Shown piece after piece: positions 23,665 to 36,807 of a stretch of DNA of 64,000 nucleotides (position 1 is its first letter; every line of letters starts with the position of its first letter). The position numbers and the translations under genes are program-made. The DNA comes from Octopus sinensis. Taxonomy: Eukaryota. Below the pieces are notes generated by a model. It was not told the DNA's origin. It was given only the letters and a program-made list of their open reading frames with translations, and ran no database searches. The DNA is taken from NCBI RefSeq assembly GCF_006345805.1, contig NC_043009.1, forward strand, positions 64,852,001-64,916,000, given 5' to 3'.

Positions 23665-25035
23665 GAACTGCGCCTCAACTGTGGAAGCTATTTATGAAAT
23701 ATTGTGTGAATGTCCATGATGGGTCTGTTCAAGAAACTGGAGTTGCCTGCTCAAATGCCTATGGCATGAATGGAAGCTTGAGTCACTCAACCGCCTTCAA
23801 CACTCTACGATGTACTGAGCACTAAATTGATTTTATTCTATAGGAGATCAACAGAATATTCGAGAAACTATATCACACCACAGCCTCACACTGATTGATT
23901 AATTAATAGACTGATTATGTGAGATCATGGTTGTTTGCTTTTGGTGTCTCACCGATTATATAGAGGTTAGGTTTTGAATCAACACTGCACTAAGCTGGTA
24001 CTATGTACACACGAAAGTAAAAACTGAAATATAATTATATTAGATCTTTAACGAGTACTAATTATAATGATTATGTACAGTCAAAAAGAAATCAAGCCGT
24101 AACAAAAAGATCAATTGATTTCAGTAATATTTATTGGTATTTCAGAAATCAGCATACATAATATTCAAGGAGTTTGATAATATCAGGAACTGCCACTGTT
24201 ATTTGAGGCTGGAAATAGATTTTGCAAGGATGAATTAAGGACAGTGTAGACAAAAAACAGGCTTTACATTTGACAGATTAATCTGGATGCTAAAGGGTTA
24301 AATCTTCATGCATTGTTCATCTTACACATTTTACAACTTGCTGTTTTAATAACAAACTCTTATCGTCACAACTGCTGACTCCAACACCATCACAATAATG
24401 GTTACTAATCAATTGCTACCGTTACAGTAGCATACAAGATTGCGAGCGACTCTTGCTCCAGTTCATTCATTCCATAAGAACTCCAAGGGACTCTCACCAC
24501 CTATGACTTCAGCAGGTTTCACCCAGCATATGAGCGCTTTCAGGTCTAGGGAGAGGGAATAGCTTCTCCTTGTCTTATAGCATGGCACCGGAATCAGGAA
24601 AATGATCTGATCAGTATAACCTGGGACATTGCCGACGAAGCTTTTCCCTACACACTCAGGCGCACACTGGTTATCTTCGTCTCTGTGGGAAACACCACAT
24701 TTGGCAGCAGCTTACCATATCTTACAAGAACGGAATTCTCTGAGTGTTAATTTAAACCAATATCATAAGTTTTACTGGAATTTAAAATTTCATAAGGATT
24801 TCTAAGGAAAGCAAGGGAGACTACTCCTATTCACTGCGCCAGAGTTGCTGTCCTTAAACCATTGAGTGGTCGCCGAATTGTTAGTTCCATCATGTGACTC
24901 AAACCGGAAAAAATGAATGAGCTTTGTTTATCATTCAATGTTATCAAGCTTTATTTATAAACCATGGCTGCCTCACGGCACAACATTATTTCATTTTGCT
25001 AATGAAGATTTTAGACAAACTACTAAAACAATTAT

Positions 25036-25091
25036 TTAACCTTCACATCTTTTGAGAACTCTTTCGTTTCGTCGATATACTCTCACGGACT
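25036..25091 (-). CDS. Tentative terminal exon of the PAN-mucin-WSC gene: (E)SVRVYRRNERVLKRCEG*
   Basis: Phase-1-compatible AAG acceptor 285 nt after the last WSC exon, stop at 25038-25036, AATAAA at 24955-24950. The polypyrimidine tract is weak and alternatives exist. Confidence 0.3.
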
Positions 25092-25375
25092 CTTACACAA
25101 CACATACGTGTGTGCATGTGTACATGTGTGTGTATGTGTGTGTGTGTGTATGCGTAGGTGTTAGTGTATATCTACTTTTATGCTTACAAGTGTAAACCAG
25201 AGTCATGCTGCATCCATGTATGTCATAATCGTGACTTTGTAGTTCGATAAATGAGGTCCAGTAAAGAAATGTATCATACAATAAATATGATCGACTAAAA
25301 TCGTTGATGACATGCACCAGCATAATTACTTTCGAAAGAATGAAACCGGTAAAAGATTAAAGGAATCTATCTCAC

Positions 25376-25514
25376 CTGATTTATAGACAGCCATCGAATA
25401 AGAAGTTCCACAAAATTTGTCGTTACTTCCGTGACATTCTTCTTGACAAGCTGTACTGGTGTACCAGAGACCGAATTTATCATAATTGGACCCACAAGAA
25501 CAATCAACACCTTT
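25376..25514 (-). CDS. PAN-mucin-WSC gene, WSC3 second half (139 nt, phase 0-1): KGVDCSCGSNYDKFGLWYTSTACQEECHGSNDKFCGTSYSMAVYKS
   Basis: Acceptor ttcgtattccag and donor G|gtgaga. CxC...C...C.G...CG...VY WSC pattern. Confidence 0.9.
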
Positions 25515-26088
25515 CTGGAATACGAAATAAAGTTCATGTTAAATTTTTTGCTGTTGTTGTTGTTTAGGCCTTACCTGTGTCAATTCTAACCAAGTAGACT
25601 GTTGACGAAAGGCATTCCAGAAATGACCACCCTGCCATTTTGCATATCAGTAAGTACATTGTCATAATGTAATGTTCTTTATTTAAAATGACTGAGTGTA
25701 AATTAAATGAGATTTCATTGCTGTTTCAAAAGAGAGTGAGTCATCGCACAAAGGGTCAGATATACAATCTCTGCTTTATTTTTCTAAGATAGAAAAAAAC
25801 CCCACCTTGAAAGTGCTTTGACTACTATTGTTAGCGACTCAAGTAAGCTTTTAGGAATTCCCTCATTGATATGGAGGTAGCAGAACTTCGATGTTGTGTT
25901 TTTCATGTCTTTCCAGACCACATTAATGGCACAAGTAAAATGCTTGCAAATAAAACTCAACCGTCTCACATGTTTTGACAGTATTAGAATTTTCTGTTTG
26001 CACTGAAGAAATCTTCTTCGTCGAGTCATTCTTCTCAAGTAAGTATGTCAGATATCCATCATATTGAGGGATGTAGCCTTTCAGGAAA

Positions 26089-26505
26089 GGCAGCGAGCTG
26101 GCAGACACGTTAGCGCGCCGGGCGAAATGCTTAGCGGTATTTCGTCTGTCGTTACGTTCTGAGTTCAAATTCCGCCGAGGTCGACTTTGCCTGTCATCCT
26201 TTCGAGGCCTATTAAATAAGTACCAGTTACGCACTGGGGTCGATATAATCGACTTAATCCGTTTGTCTATCCTTGTTTGTCGTCTCTGTGTTTAGCCCCT
26301 AGTGGATAGTAAAGAAATAGGCATTTCGTCCGTCTTTACATTCTGAGTTCAAATTCCGCCGAGGTCGACTTCACCTTTCATCCTTTCGGGGTCGATAAAT
26401 AAAGTACCAGTTATGCACTGGGATCGATGTAATCGACTTAATCCGTTTGTCTGTCCTTGTTTGTCCCCTTTATGTTTAGCCCCTTGTGGGCAGTAAAGAA
26501 ATATA
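26089..26505 (+). mobile_element. SINE family B dimer
   Basis: Headed unit followed by a headless unit, joined at AAAGAAATAG|GCATTTCGTC. Confidence 0.85.
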
Positions 26506-27569
26506 TAGCCTTTCAGGAAAAGTTGCCTCCTTTCTCAATGATAAAAAAAATAAGTCAAGTATTTGTTGAGAGGATCTCCGGTTTATTTGATAGAATCAAG
26601 CTGGCTGCATCGCTTCTTTACTCCGATGCATCCATCACACACGTTTAATCCGTCTTCTCTGTATTCAAAAAAAAAAAAAAGGTATCAATCGTTTTCCCAT
26701 CTCTATGTTTCTTATAAAATAATATAAAGATATGCTTTAGCCAAAGCAGGAACGAGCAGTGCTCACGATCTTTTTACAGGACGTCTGGGACTGACGAGGA
26801 GAAAGGGACAAGTTGACGTCATAAAGGAGACTTGGCCCTGATGCTTGAAACAAAGAGGTGTCTGTCTTTAGAGGAGTTAACATTATTACATGCATCAGGG
26901 TACCCAAAGGCCATGTTGTAATATTCAGCAGGGTTACATTTTAACACCATCGTAAAACTCTGAGTAACGTTTTGTCAAGTTTTCAGTTTTTTACGATGCT
27001 ATGCCAGGCTGTGGCTCTCGTGGCTTCTGATCTTAACTGATTGGGAGTGTTATCATGTACATTTTCTCATGGTATAAAATGATTGCTACAACAAATATTC
27101 TGCTCGATACCACAGATTTGCTTGTCAGTTGCTTGACCATAACAAGTTGAGCAAGTCCCTTAGTGGCTGACGATATGTGCATCTCTGATGAGGAGCAGAA
27201 GTAGTGGGCGAGATTCATATATTGAGAGGAATTCTTTGGGGTTTGAATAATCCGCCTCTGGAAACATGGGTGTTTCGTTCATCATACTTAAACAACCCTC
27301 ATTCGGGGAGCTTTTGAGTGGGATGGACTACTCGACTTGAAGAAAATTCTAACTGGGCCCCACCTGTTTGCCTTGATATGAGATGGCCACCTCGCGCACA
27401 TATGGTTGTGATGCATGTGCCTGGTGTACCCTTATCAGACGGGTAGTAAATGATAGGCACCCTCGGATTTGTATATTTGTACCCCAGTGTCACTTTGATG
27501 GCATGCACTACGCTCTCACTCAATGATGATAATAATTATTATTATTTAAAATTTTGGTTCAAGGCTAGC

Positions 27570-27765
27570 AATTTCGTAGGAGTGGGGTGGGGGAGTAAGT
27601 CGACTACATTAACCTCAGTGCGTAACTGGTACTTATTTCATCGAACCCCGAAAGGATGAAAGGCAAAGTCGACCTCGGTGGAATTTGAACTCAGAATGTA
27701 AAGACGGACAAAGTGCTGGTAAGCATATTGCCCGGCGTGCAAGCGGTTCAGCCAGCTGGCCGCCT
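27570..27765 (-). mobile_element. SINE family B
   Basis: GGATGAAAGGCAAAGTCGACCTCGGTGGAATTTGAACTCAGAA...CAGCTGGCCGCCTT. Confidence 0.8.
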
Positions 27766-28250
27766 TATAACAATAATAATAATGATAATAATAATAATAA
27801 TAATAATAATAAGTCTACGCGCGCGCGCGCACACACACACACTGACTGTTAAATTGTTGCTGACGTAATGTAATGAACCAAACAATAATTTTAGTTCATT
27901 TCAAATTACACCCGTCGTGTGGAGAAAAAAAAAACAAAATGTTTCTGATGCAGAAAGACAAGGGAGGCAACCTTGAAATCTGGGAGTAAATTTATTTCTT
28001 CGTAAGAACAGCGACAACTTCTCACGTTCCGTTCTTATTAGACCGTTCTTATTCTTATTAGAATATTTGAAAGCGACTGAGAGCCTTGGCAAACCAACAC
28101 AAACCGACATGACATAAATGAATGATTACTGCACGTGGCACTAATTGATATCTCTTCTAAAAGGTCAATTTGAAATATCGCCGCCCAAGCTTGTTAGCTC
28201 TGTGTTCTGGTACTTACGCATGAGTAAGAAATAGCTTAGCCGTGACTTAC

Positions 28251-28378
28251 CGTTAATCCTGCATATTTTTCTCCCTGATTTCCACAATATTTTCGGCAAG
28301 TTTCAATCGACATAATTGACCGCAACGAATATTTTGGCAAAACCGAATGGTGTCTAGTTTTGTAGCAGCCCACGAAAA
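28251..28378 (-). CDS. PAN-mucin-WSC gene, WSC3 first half (128 nt, phase 1-0): (V)FVGCYKTRHHSVLPKYSLRSIMSIETCRKYCGNQGEKYAGLT
   Basis: Acceptor tttctgcgcag and donor ACG|gtaagt. (F/Y)xGC...MS..TC..YC...YAGL WSC pattern. Confidence 0.9.
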
Positions 28379-28614
28379 CTGCGCAGAAATATTACCCCAA
28401 ATTTTGGAATTAGTTAATATGCAAGGTATAAAAAAAAAAAAAAAAAGGCAAAAGTTATCAATTCATTTCACAAAAGCAAAAAGCAAAAACAAAAAAAAAA
28501 AAAACAACAAAAACAAAACAAAAAACAACGTTTAATGAAGAGAAACAAAATATACTGAAATCGTTTCCTGAATTAAATACTTTATTTTCTGTTCTATATT
28601 TAAGAGATGAGGAA

Positions 28615-28795
28615 TTATTTACATTATTTACATTATTTATATTTGACAGATATTTGTCCTCATCTTGTTTGTTGTTAACACAGTTCCCCAAGACACCTGA
28701 TGACGGCTGGAGGGTATATCAACCGAAATGTTGTGTGAACAACAAACAAGATGAGGACAAATATCCATCAAATGTAAATAATGTACTTTATTTTC
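28615..28795 (+). mobile_element. Penelope-like inverted terminal structure with a hammerhead motif between about 50-bp inverted arms
   Basis: Arms ...GATATTTGTCCTCATCTTGTTTGTTGTTAACACA and TGTGTGAACAACAAACAAGATGAGGACAAATATC. Core ACAC-CTGATGA(28697)-C-GGCTG...CAACC-GAAA-TGTT-GTGT. Confidence 0.72.
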
Positions 28796-29064
28796 TATTT
28801 TAAGTCGTTTTCTTTTCTTTAATCAGGCGAGAAAGAAATTCTTTTACTTTATTTTTCATATTCAGGATTAAATTAGAGGAAGAATGGATGGGGCTGAGCA
28901 TAATCCTTTTCAGTACTCCTGTGCCTAGTGGAAGGTCAAAACGATCCTCAGAGTAGCGATTACTCCTGAATGTTTGCAACAATGTTGGAGTTACCCAATG
29001 GCCGGTTAGTGATGTTGAAGTAAGCGACCACGGGAACTTTCTCTCCGATCTGCTTCCACAAACT

Positions 29065-29592
29065 TTCCTCATAACTAGAAAGGGTATGGCCTGGTCAGCC
29101 TGTAATGACATGCATAAGATCTGGTCATCAAATCTAAGTAGAGACTTCAAACTTGAAATCTTCAAAGCCACAGTCGAACCAATTCTACTATATGGCTCAG
29201 AAACCTGGACGTTATCAAAGAAGTTTGAGAGGCGGTTGGATGGAACCTACACTCGCCTCCTTATGAGAGCTCAAAATCTCTCGTGGAAGCGCCATCCAAC
29301 CAAAATGCAAATATATGGGAAACTACCGCCTGTGTCATCTCTTGTGAAAGGTAAGAGAGTCCAGTTTGCTGGACATTGTTGTAGAGCTGAAAAAGAGGTA
29401 ATTTCTACTCTTCTCCTCTGGAAGCCATCTGCTCGCAATACCAGAGGGCGCACACTCTCCTACCCTGATGTAATCTCCAGGGATACAGGCATCCAGCAAC
29501 AGGACCTCCGTAATGCCATGATGGACCGTGAAGTCTGGCGTAGCATGGTAAATTCCATTGTCTCGACCACGATCGAACAATGATGATGATGA
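29065..29592 (+). mobile_element. RTE/RTE-X-type LINE 3' fragment with (TGA)n tail; short inverted RT-like segment at about 28860-29060
   Basis: EPILLYGSETWTL, VQFAGHC, RGR...YPDVI, MMDREVW, then stop and TGATGATGAT. Confidence 0.85.
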
Positions 29593-30019
29593 TAACTAAA
29601 ATTCCATTCCAAGAGCTTAACTCTGAGCGAGGTTACACTGAAGACACTAGCCCAAGGTGCTGAGCGCGAGTATTGAACCTGGGCTAAAATAAATATCGCT
29701 CCTGTTGTTTCAGAAGGATTAAGCTGTTCTTTACAACCGCTAAATCATTCCCATGGCACCTTTAAATGTTCCGTTTATTAGGAAATCAATATTGTTGAAG
29801 GGTTTACAACAAAAAGGGGACGGGGAATATACTATAAATTACAATAAAAAGGGGACGGGGAATATATTAAACGTGATTCTACTTACGAGAAGAGTATACG
29901 GGTTTCACTGAAATATAAAATGGAAAGTAAACATATAACATGATAGCTTTCATAAATGAGTCAAGGTAAAACGCTAATCCATATATCGAATAAGGGAATT
30001 ATTCACACACACACACACA

Positions 30020-30057
<38 letters not shown>

Positions 30058-30187
30058 CGTAGGACGGAACTTCATGTTTAAATAGGTTTGATTATTTTTG
30101 AAAATTCTGCGAATTTCGGTGCATTATTGATCAATGTAAAATAAAGTTTTGTTTTGAAAACTAAATACATTCCGTGTAATCTTATGT

Positions 30188-30598
30188 TACTTTTTTACTT
30201 GTTTCAGTCAGTTGATTGTGGCCATGCTGGAGCACCGCCTTTAGTCGAGCAAATCGACCCCAGGACTTATTCCTTGTAAGCCTAGTACTTATTCTACTGG
30301 TCTCTTTTGCCGAACCGCTAGGTTACGGGGACTTAGACACACCAGCATCGGTTGTCAAGCGATGTTGAGGGGGACAAAAACAGACACAAACACACACACA
30401 CATATATATACATATACATATATACATATACATATATACGACGGGCTTCGTTCAGTTTCCGTCTACCAAATCCACTCACAAGGCTTTGGTCGGCCAGAGG
30501 CTATAGTAAAAGACACTTGGCCAAGGTGCCACACAGTGTGACTGAACCCAGAACCATGTGGCTGGTTAGCAAGCTACTTACCACACAGCCACTCCTGC
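30188..30598 (-). mobile_element. SINE family A, full length
   Basis: Same diagnostic blocks as the 7708 copy. Confidence 0.88.
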
Positions 30599-30831
30599 AC
30601 TTATTATACTGAAGAATTTTTTTTACAAAGGTTATCAGTTTTTGCTGATATAAAGTATAAACGAAACTGGACAATGGAGTGAGCCTTGATAATTCCTCTT
30701 CATATGGCTTGAAAGTGTGCTGCTACCAAATATCCACAAGTTAATAGTTGGAGACCATCATCGGAGATGTTATGGATGTCCAATAATTAAAACACTTCCT
30801 ACATATTTTTTGAAACAATTCGAAGAGTATT

Positions 30832-30901
<70 letters not shown>

Positions 30902-31141
30902 AATAAAATAAAATTTTTCAACAGACGGTCAGTAGCGACACCTGGTGGGTCTGACTACGCTGCATTGATAAAGGGCAACAACCCTGAAACATGGCTGCAG
31001 ATGTCTGACTAGCAAGGTGAAGCGGCTGACCTCCCCTGTTCGAAGGTTGTAATGGATGCAGGTTCGTGTGTCATATAGCTAGCTAGTGGCGATGGCCTCT
31101 TGGAGCTAATTAGCGACAGCTTTAGTCTTATATTTATAGAC

Positions 31142-31178
<37 letters not shown>

Positions 31179-31964
31179 ATTAGAAAATTATACAGAAACA
31201 GAACAGAAAATTTGAATAAAATGATAGAGATTCTCTCTGATGCATTATTTTATAGATAAATAATTTATTGTATTTCGGGATGGTCATTTTTGTTTTTCAT
31301 CAGCAAAACAATATTTCAATGAATACACCTTCGTCAGTGTTCATGTAATCTACAGCACTTTAATAAAAAATTTAAGGAAAATGTTAACCTTGCCAACCCC
31401 CAGCAATATTATCTTTATGTTTTACTCTGGCATTAAATTAAGAAATAAACATCACCAAATAGAAATGGTATTCCTCAACTTACGGTCGTCTGGTTCGATT
31501 TTAACTGAAACAAAAACAATAAACAAAATAATAAATAATATAAAATAAATAAATAAAATAAAATGAAATAAATAACTGGTAGAGTGGTTAGGGACAACAG
31601 CTTGAATACTCGGAGTTCAAATCCGAACGGAATCAATTTTGTTTTCTATTCTTTCAAGGCCAACAAATAAATAAAAGACCATCCCAGGGCAATGGATTAG
31701 CAGAATTGTTTGAGAACTGATTCAGATGATCGTGAGAGCCGTTTCTAAGCTTTACAATTTGAGTCCAACTTCCATGTAGGGACGATCCCTTGACTATAGG
31801 GAGGACAGTGCCCAACCCGTAGTTGACCAAACATGGAGGACGAGTAAGCCTGGAATCAATTTAAATAAACAAGTAATGGCGTGCTGAGACATTCATCCAG
31901 AAATACTTCGCTAACGGCCGAAGGAAAATGATAATAATAATAATAACGATAATGATAATGATTT

Positions 31965-32067
31965 CAGATTTTGGCACAAGGCCAGCAATTTCTACGGAGG
32001 GGATTAGGCGATTACATCGACCCAGTGTTCAACTGGTTCTTATGTTATAGACCCCGAAAAGTTGATG

Positions 32068-32135
<68 letters not shown>

Positions 32136-32420
32136 CTTTTCTACTCTAGGCACAAAGCCCAAACTTTTTGGGGGATGGAGCCAGTCGATTAGATCGACCC
32201 CAGTACGCAACTGGTACTTAATTTATCGATCCCGAAGGATGAAAGGCAAAGTCGACCTCGGCGGAATTTGAACTCAGAACGTAGCGGCAGACGAAATACC
32301 TATTTCTTTACTACCCACAAGGGGCTAAACACAGAGAGGACAAACAAGGACAGACAAACGGATTAAGTCGATTACGTCGACCCCAGTACACAACTGGTAC
32401 TTATTTAATCGACCCCGAAA
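31965..32420 (-). mobile_element. SINE family B cluster interrupted by (AAT)n, including a dimer junction
   Basis: GACGAAATAC|CTATTTCTTTACTACCCACAAGGGG at about 32290-32325. Confidence 0.8.
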
Positions 32421-32805
32421 GGATAATCCCAAGGACAAAGAAATAAGACCCCGGAAGGATGAAGGGCAAAGTCCACCTCGACAACAACAACAACGACAAC
32501 AGCAAGAGAAAGGCAACTACGGCAGTTGCGTGTATGATTGTGTGTGTATATACGTATGTCCGTTGTGAAAGCAGACAGGTGTGTCTTAATGGTTTTCTTC
32601 GAGACTTTGTGCGTGTGTGTATGTGTGTGTGTGTGTGTGTGTGTGTATCAGTGTGTGTGTGTGTGAGCGTGTGTATGAGTGAGGGGCATATTATTTGCTT
32701 ACAGTTCTTCAATTAAACTTTTTGTTACTTGCACTCAAGATTTGTCTGGCAGCGCATTTAAGATTTTCCTGGGCTTGAAACAAAAGAAACGTCTTGTATA
32801 TAAAA

Positions 32806-33210
32806 CTAGCAGTATCGCCCGGCGTTGCTCGGGTTTGTAAGGGAAATAACTATATAAGCATTTTTAGAGAGTTATAGCAAAAAAATAGCAAACAAATGCA
32901 TTAAAAATGGAAAAAAAAATTGATGGTAAATATTTTTTTAAAATCGTTGACTCATCGTAGACATTTTTAGAGAGTTACTTCCCTTATATAATAGCGAAAA
33001 AATGCATTAAAATGGAAAAAAATGATGGTAAATTTTTTTTTTAATCGTAGACTCATCGTAGACGCGCGCTAATACCCAGAAGGGCTCGATATGAATCACG
33101 ACTATAAGATACCCGGTTTTGGTTAAACTGCACCGCAAAATGTGGGAGTAGTTAGGAATCTAAATCGTAAGAGACAGACAGACACACAACTTGACTTTTA
33201 TATATAAAGA
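32806..33210 (-). mobile_element. Non-autonomous Helitron
   Basis: Minus strand A|TC...CCCGAGCAACGCCGGG hairpin...CTAG|T. Confidence 0.8.
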
Positions 33211-33335
33211 TATCACCCTAAAACAATGTTTCGTCTCAACTATGGGCAACTTTCACTTTCACTTTGCCGTTTTGTCTTTTTTTCTATGTGTTTATATGCG
33301 TGCGAATGCATGTAAGAATATAAACTGAAGCCTAC

Positions 33336-33471
33336 CTGCACGGTAAACGGACATTGCTCTCTGTCCTCCACAAAACTGATGTTTATCTCCGGGGCATTTA
33401 AGATAGCATTGTTCGTCAGGGTAAAATTTCTCAGACGGGATAACGTTGAAACACAGACAAATTGTAGTGAT
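33336..33471 (-). CDS. PAN-mucin-WSC gene, WSC2 second half (136 nt, phase 0-1): ITTICLCFNVIPSEKFYPDEQCYLKCPGDKHQFCGGQRAMSVYRA
   Basis: Acceptor ctttcttttcatag and donor G|gtaggc. CxC...C...CPG...CGG...SVY. Confidence 0.92.
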
Positions 33472-33849
33472 CTATGAAAAGAAAGTGGTTTTTTGGTTAC
33501 GAAACGTTTAGTAATTGCTTAGACCCTAATCAAAACCAACAGAGCAGACATGATGCAAACCATTCCAGTCTTTTTGTACATCTAGGATTACATTGCGTAA
33601 TGTGGGCTTCAATTATTTTTGTGAAAGTGTGTTTGGAAGCAAGCTCGGAAAACCCAATTCTCTAGTTATCTCAGACAAGACCGGCGGAGCATATAATAAA
33701 AAAAAGTAATACTTAAAATTAAAGTTTCCAAATTTGAAGATGTTCATTTACTAAACGCTACTAATAAGCTGAAGCAAACCAATGAAGGTCTCTTTATACG
33801 ATTATTGGTCATCTCGTAGACGTCATTGAAATTTCGGTCAGCTTAGAGC

Positions 33850-33990
33850 TCAAAGCAGAGGCCATCGTGTAGCAACGTCTGAGGTCACTTTTCTGCCAGT
33901 TCTTTGATCCCACGCTGTTACCAATTCTTGTACTTCAAAGTGAAGAATTCCTTCAAAGAAGCTTTCACCTCCTCTGAGGTGATGAAACAT
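33850..33990 (-). mobile_element. Mariner transposase C-terminal relic
   Basis: TSEEVKASLKEFFTLKYKNW*QRGIKELAEK*...HDGLCFE resembles the mariner C-terminus. Confidence 0.65.
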
Positions 33991-34066
33991 CGCGAGCGCT
34001 TGCGTGCGCGCATGTGCGTGCCTCGCGTGCATGTATGTATATATTCACTTATACGTATGCACACAT

Positions 34067-34960
34067 ACTCTCTCTTTTACTCTTTTACTTGTTTCAGTCA
34101 TTTGACTGCGGCCATGCTGGAGCACCGCCTTCAGTCGAGCAAATCGACCCCGGGACTTATTCTTTGTAAGCCCAGTACTTATTCTATCGGTCTCTTTTGC
34201 CGAACCGCTATGTGACGGGGACGCAAACACACCAGCATCGGTTGTCAAGCAATGCTAGGGGGACAGACACAGACACACAAACACACACGCATACATATAT
34301 ATACATATATACGACAGGCTTCTTTCAGTTTCCGTCTACCAAATCCACTCACAAGGCATTGGTCGGCCTGGGGCTATAGCAGAAGACACTTGCCCAAGAT
34401 GCCACGCAGTGGGACTGAACCCAGAACCATGTGGCTGGTCAGCAAGCTACTTACCACACAGCCACTCCTGCGCCTCGCGCGCATGTATGTATATATTAAC
34501 TTATACGTATGCACACATATATATGTATTTCTACAAGCACACATGTGTGTATGTATTTTGTCAGTCATTTGACTGCGGCCATGCTGGATCACCGCTTTGA
34601 AGGGTTTTTTAGTCGAACAAATCGATCCCAGGGCTTATTTCTCAAGCTCAATACCCATTCCATCGCTCCGCTTTGCAGAACCGTTAGGTCATAAACACAC
34701 CAACACCGGTTGACAAGCGGTGGTATACACATATATAGATATATACATACATACATATATATATGTATGTATGTATGTGTGTGTGTGTGACTATATGACG
34801 GGCTTCTTTCATTTTCCGTCTACCAAATTCACTCACAAGGCTTTGGTTGGCCCGAGGCTATAGTAGAAGACACTTGCCCAAGGTGCCACGAGGTGGGACT
34901 GAACCCGGAACCATGTAGTTGATAAGCAAGCTTCTTACCACACAGCCACGCCTGCGCCTA
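34067..34960 (-). mobile_element. Two consecutive SINE family A copies (34067-34474 and 34560-34960)
   Basis: Both carry the head, CCTTGGGCAAGT core and tail blocks. Confidence 0.85.
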
Positions 34961-34989
34961 TAAGGAAAGTTTCTTCTCGAGTCAAATAG

Positions 34990-35212
34990 ACTCGTAGCGC
35001 CGCGTTCCCGGTTTCCATGGCGTATTCACCACCTGGACGGGACGACAGTCCTTCGCAGGGTAGCTCCTTTTTGTCAGCTGAGTGAACTGGATCAACTTGA
35101 AATGAAGTGTTTTTCTCAAGAACGCAACGCATCGTCCGGTCTAGGAATCGAAACCACAACCTTATGATCATTAATCCAACACCGTAACCACTAAACCACG
35201 CGCCTTCACATG
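34990..35212 (-). mobile_element. SINE family D
   Basis: Minus-strand head GTGAAGGCGCGTGGTTTAGTGGTTA...GGTTTCGATTCC. Confidence 0.7.
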
Positions 35213-35213
35213 A

Positions 35214-35276
<63 letters not shown>

Positions 35277-35299
35277 ATGTATGTATATATATATATATG

Positions 35300-35525
35300 C
35301 AGAGAGAGAGGGGGGAGAGAAAGAGATAGAGATAGATAGATAGAGATGGAGAGAGAGAGGAGAGAGAGAGCGAGAAAGAGAGAGAAAGCGAGAGAGAGAG
35401 AGCGAGAGAGAGCGAGAGCGAGAGAGAACGAGAGCGAGAGAGAGCGAGAGCGAGAGAGAGAGAGAGAGCGAGAGCGAGAGAGAACGAGAGCGAGAGAGAG
35501 CGAGAGCGAGAGAGAGCGAGAGAGC

Positions 35526-35562
<37 letters not shown>

Positions 35563-35602
35563 CGAGAGCGAGAGAGAACGAGAGCGAGAGAGAGCGAGAG
35601 CA

Positions 35603-35688
<86 letters not shown>
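35300..35688. repeat. Compound (GA)n tract with GCGA/GAAC interruptions, forming the 5' end of the intron after WSC2a
   Basis: Direct reading; starts about 15 nt from the donor site. Confidence 0.95.
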
Positions 35689-35690
<2 letters not shown>

Positions 35691-35703
35691 GAAATATACA
35701 TAC

Positions 35704-35831
35704 AATAGCCACAAATTTAAAACCTTTTTCTCCACAATGTCTTTTGCATGTGCCGGGAGTCATTTCGGAATGCTTCCATCTATGCATCAAATCACTGGAT
35801 TTAAACGACGCAATGGAACAACCAATGTAGT
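35704..35831 (-). CDS. PAN-mucin-WSC gene, WSC2 first half (128 nt, phase 1-0): (D)YIGCSIASFKSSDLMHRWKHSEMTPGTCKRHCGEKGFKFVAI
   Basis: Acceptor ttttattttctag and donor ATT|gtatgt. YIGC...MT...C..HC...GF.F WSC pattern. Confidence 0.92.
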
Positions 35832-36164
35832 CTAGAAAATAAAAGAGTGATGAGGCGATACCGATGCCGAGTAACGTAGAAGACATAGAGAGCAACAGAA
35901 AGTGTTTGACATGGAAAAGGCGCTATCAATGCAAATCAGGAGATATCGAGACACAGAGGAATATGAACGACGGATAGCAATGTTCCTCTAAATCAGTGGT
36001 TCTCAACTAGTGTCCACATAACCCTGGGGTGGACGAGGGAAGACCTTATAAGATTTTGTTATTAAAATTTATACGCAATAAACTGGTTGTATTTCTACAA
36101 TACGCCAAATATTTTATTTTACAGAGATATACTTGCATAGCAAGTGACCTGATCTGTGCTGGAA

Positions 36165-36375
36165 CGAAAACAATTGCAGCATGGAAGATGTTTATAAGCC
36201 ATTTAAGAAAGGCCCAAAAACCGCTAGATTCACTTCAACATTTAAATTTAATTGCCGTGCTGCACGGAATTTTGTCAGGGAACAGGTCGCGGTTTCAAAG
36301 CGACGAAAATACTTTGGTAAATTAAATTTAAATGTTGAAGTGAATCTAACGGTTTTTGATGTGTTTTTAAATATT
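36165..36375. repeat. Inverted (fold-back) copy of the 15955 repeat family
   Basis: AAAACCGCTAGATTCACTTCAACATTTAAATTTAATT recurs as its reverse complement about 70 nt later. Confidence 0.7.
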
Positions 36376-36378
36376 TTA

Positions 36379-36645
36379 TTCTTTTATTGTTTTACTTGTT
36401 TCAGTCATTTGACTGCGGCCATGCTGGAGCACCGCCTTTTGTTGAGCAAATCGACTCTGGACTTATTCTTTGTAAGCCTAGTACTTATTCTATCGGTCTC
36501 TTTTGCCGAACCGCTAAGTTATGAGAACTTAAACACACCACCAGTATACCCATCATGACTACCCGTCTGATAAGGGTACACTAGATACATGCATCAGAAC
36601 CATAAGTGCGCGACATGGTCAAGCGATGTTGGTGGACAAACACAG

Positions 36646-36689
<44 letters not shown>

Positions 36690-36807
36690 CATATATATAT
36701 ACGACGGGCTTCTTTCAGTTTCCGTCTACCAAATCCACTCAGAAGGCTTTGGTTGGCCCGAGGTTACAATAGAAGACACTTGGCCAAGGTGTCACACAGC
36801 CACGCCT
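36379..36807 (-). mobile_element. SINE family A with a nested fragment of another repeat (36540-36615)
   Basis: Family A blocks; the insert matches the reverse complement of about 27385-27450. Confidence 0.75.

Noticed and set aside
24480-24720. About 80-codon open minus-strand frame without ATG
   Set aside because: No domain signature and no usable splice sites; probably decayed retroelement or chance.
31795-31849. Good-looking minus-strand acceptor giving GLLVLHVWSTTGWALSSL* after WSC2
   Set aside because: Could be an alternative last exon, but there is no supporting motif and the gene clearly continues to WSC3; unsupported without RNA data.
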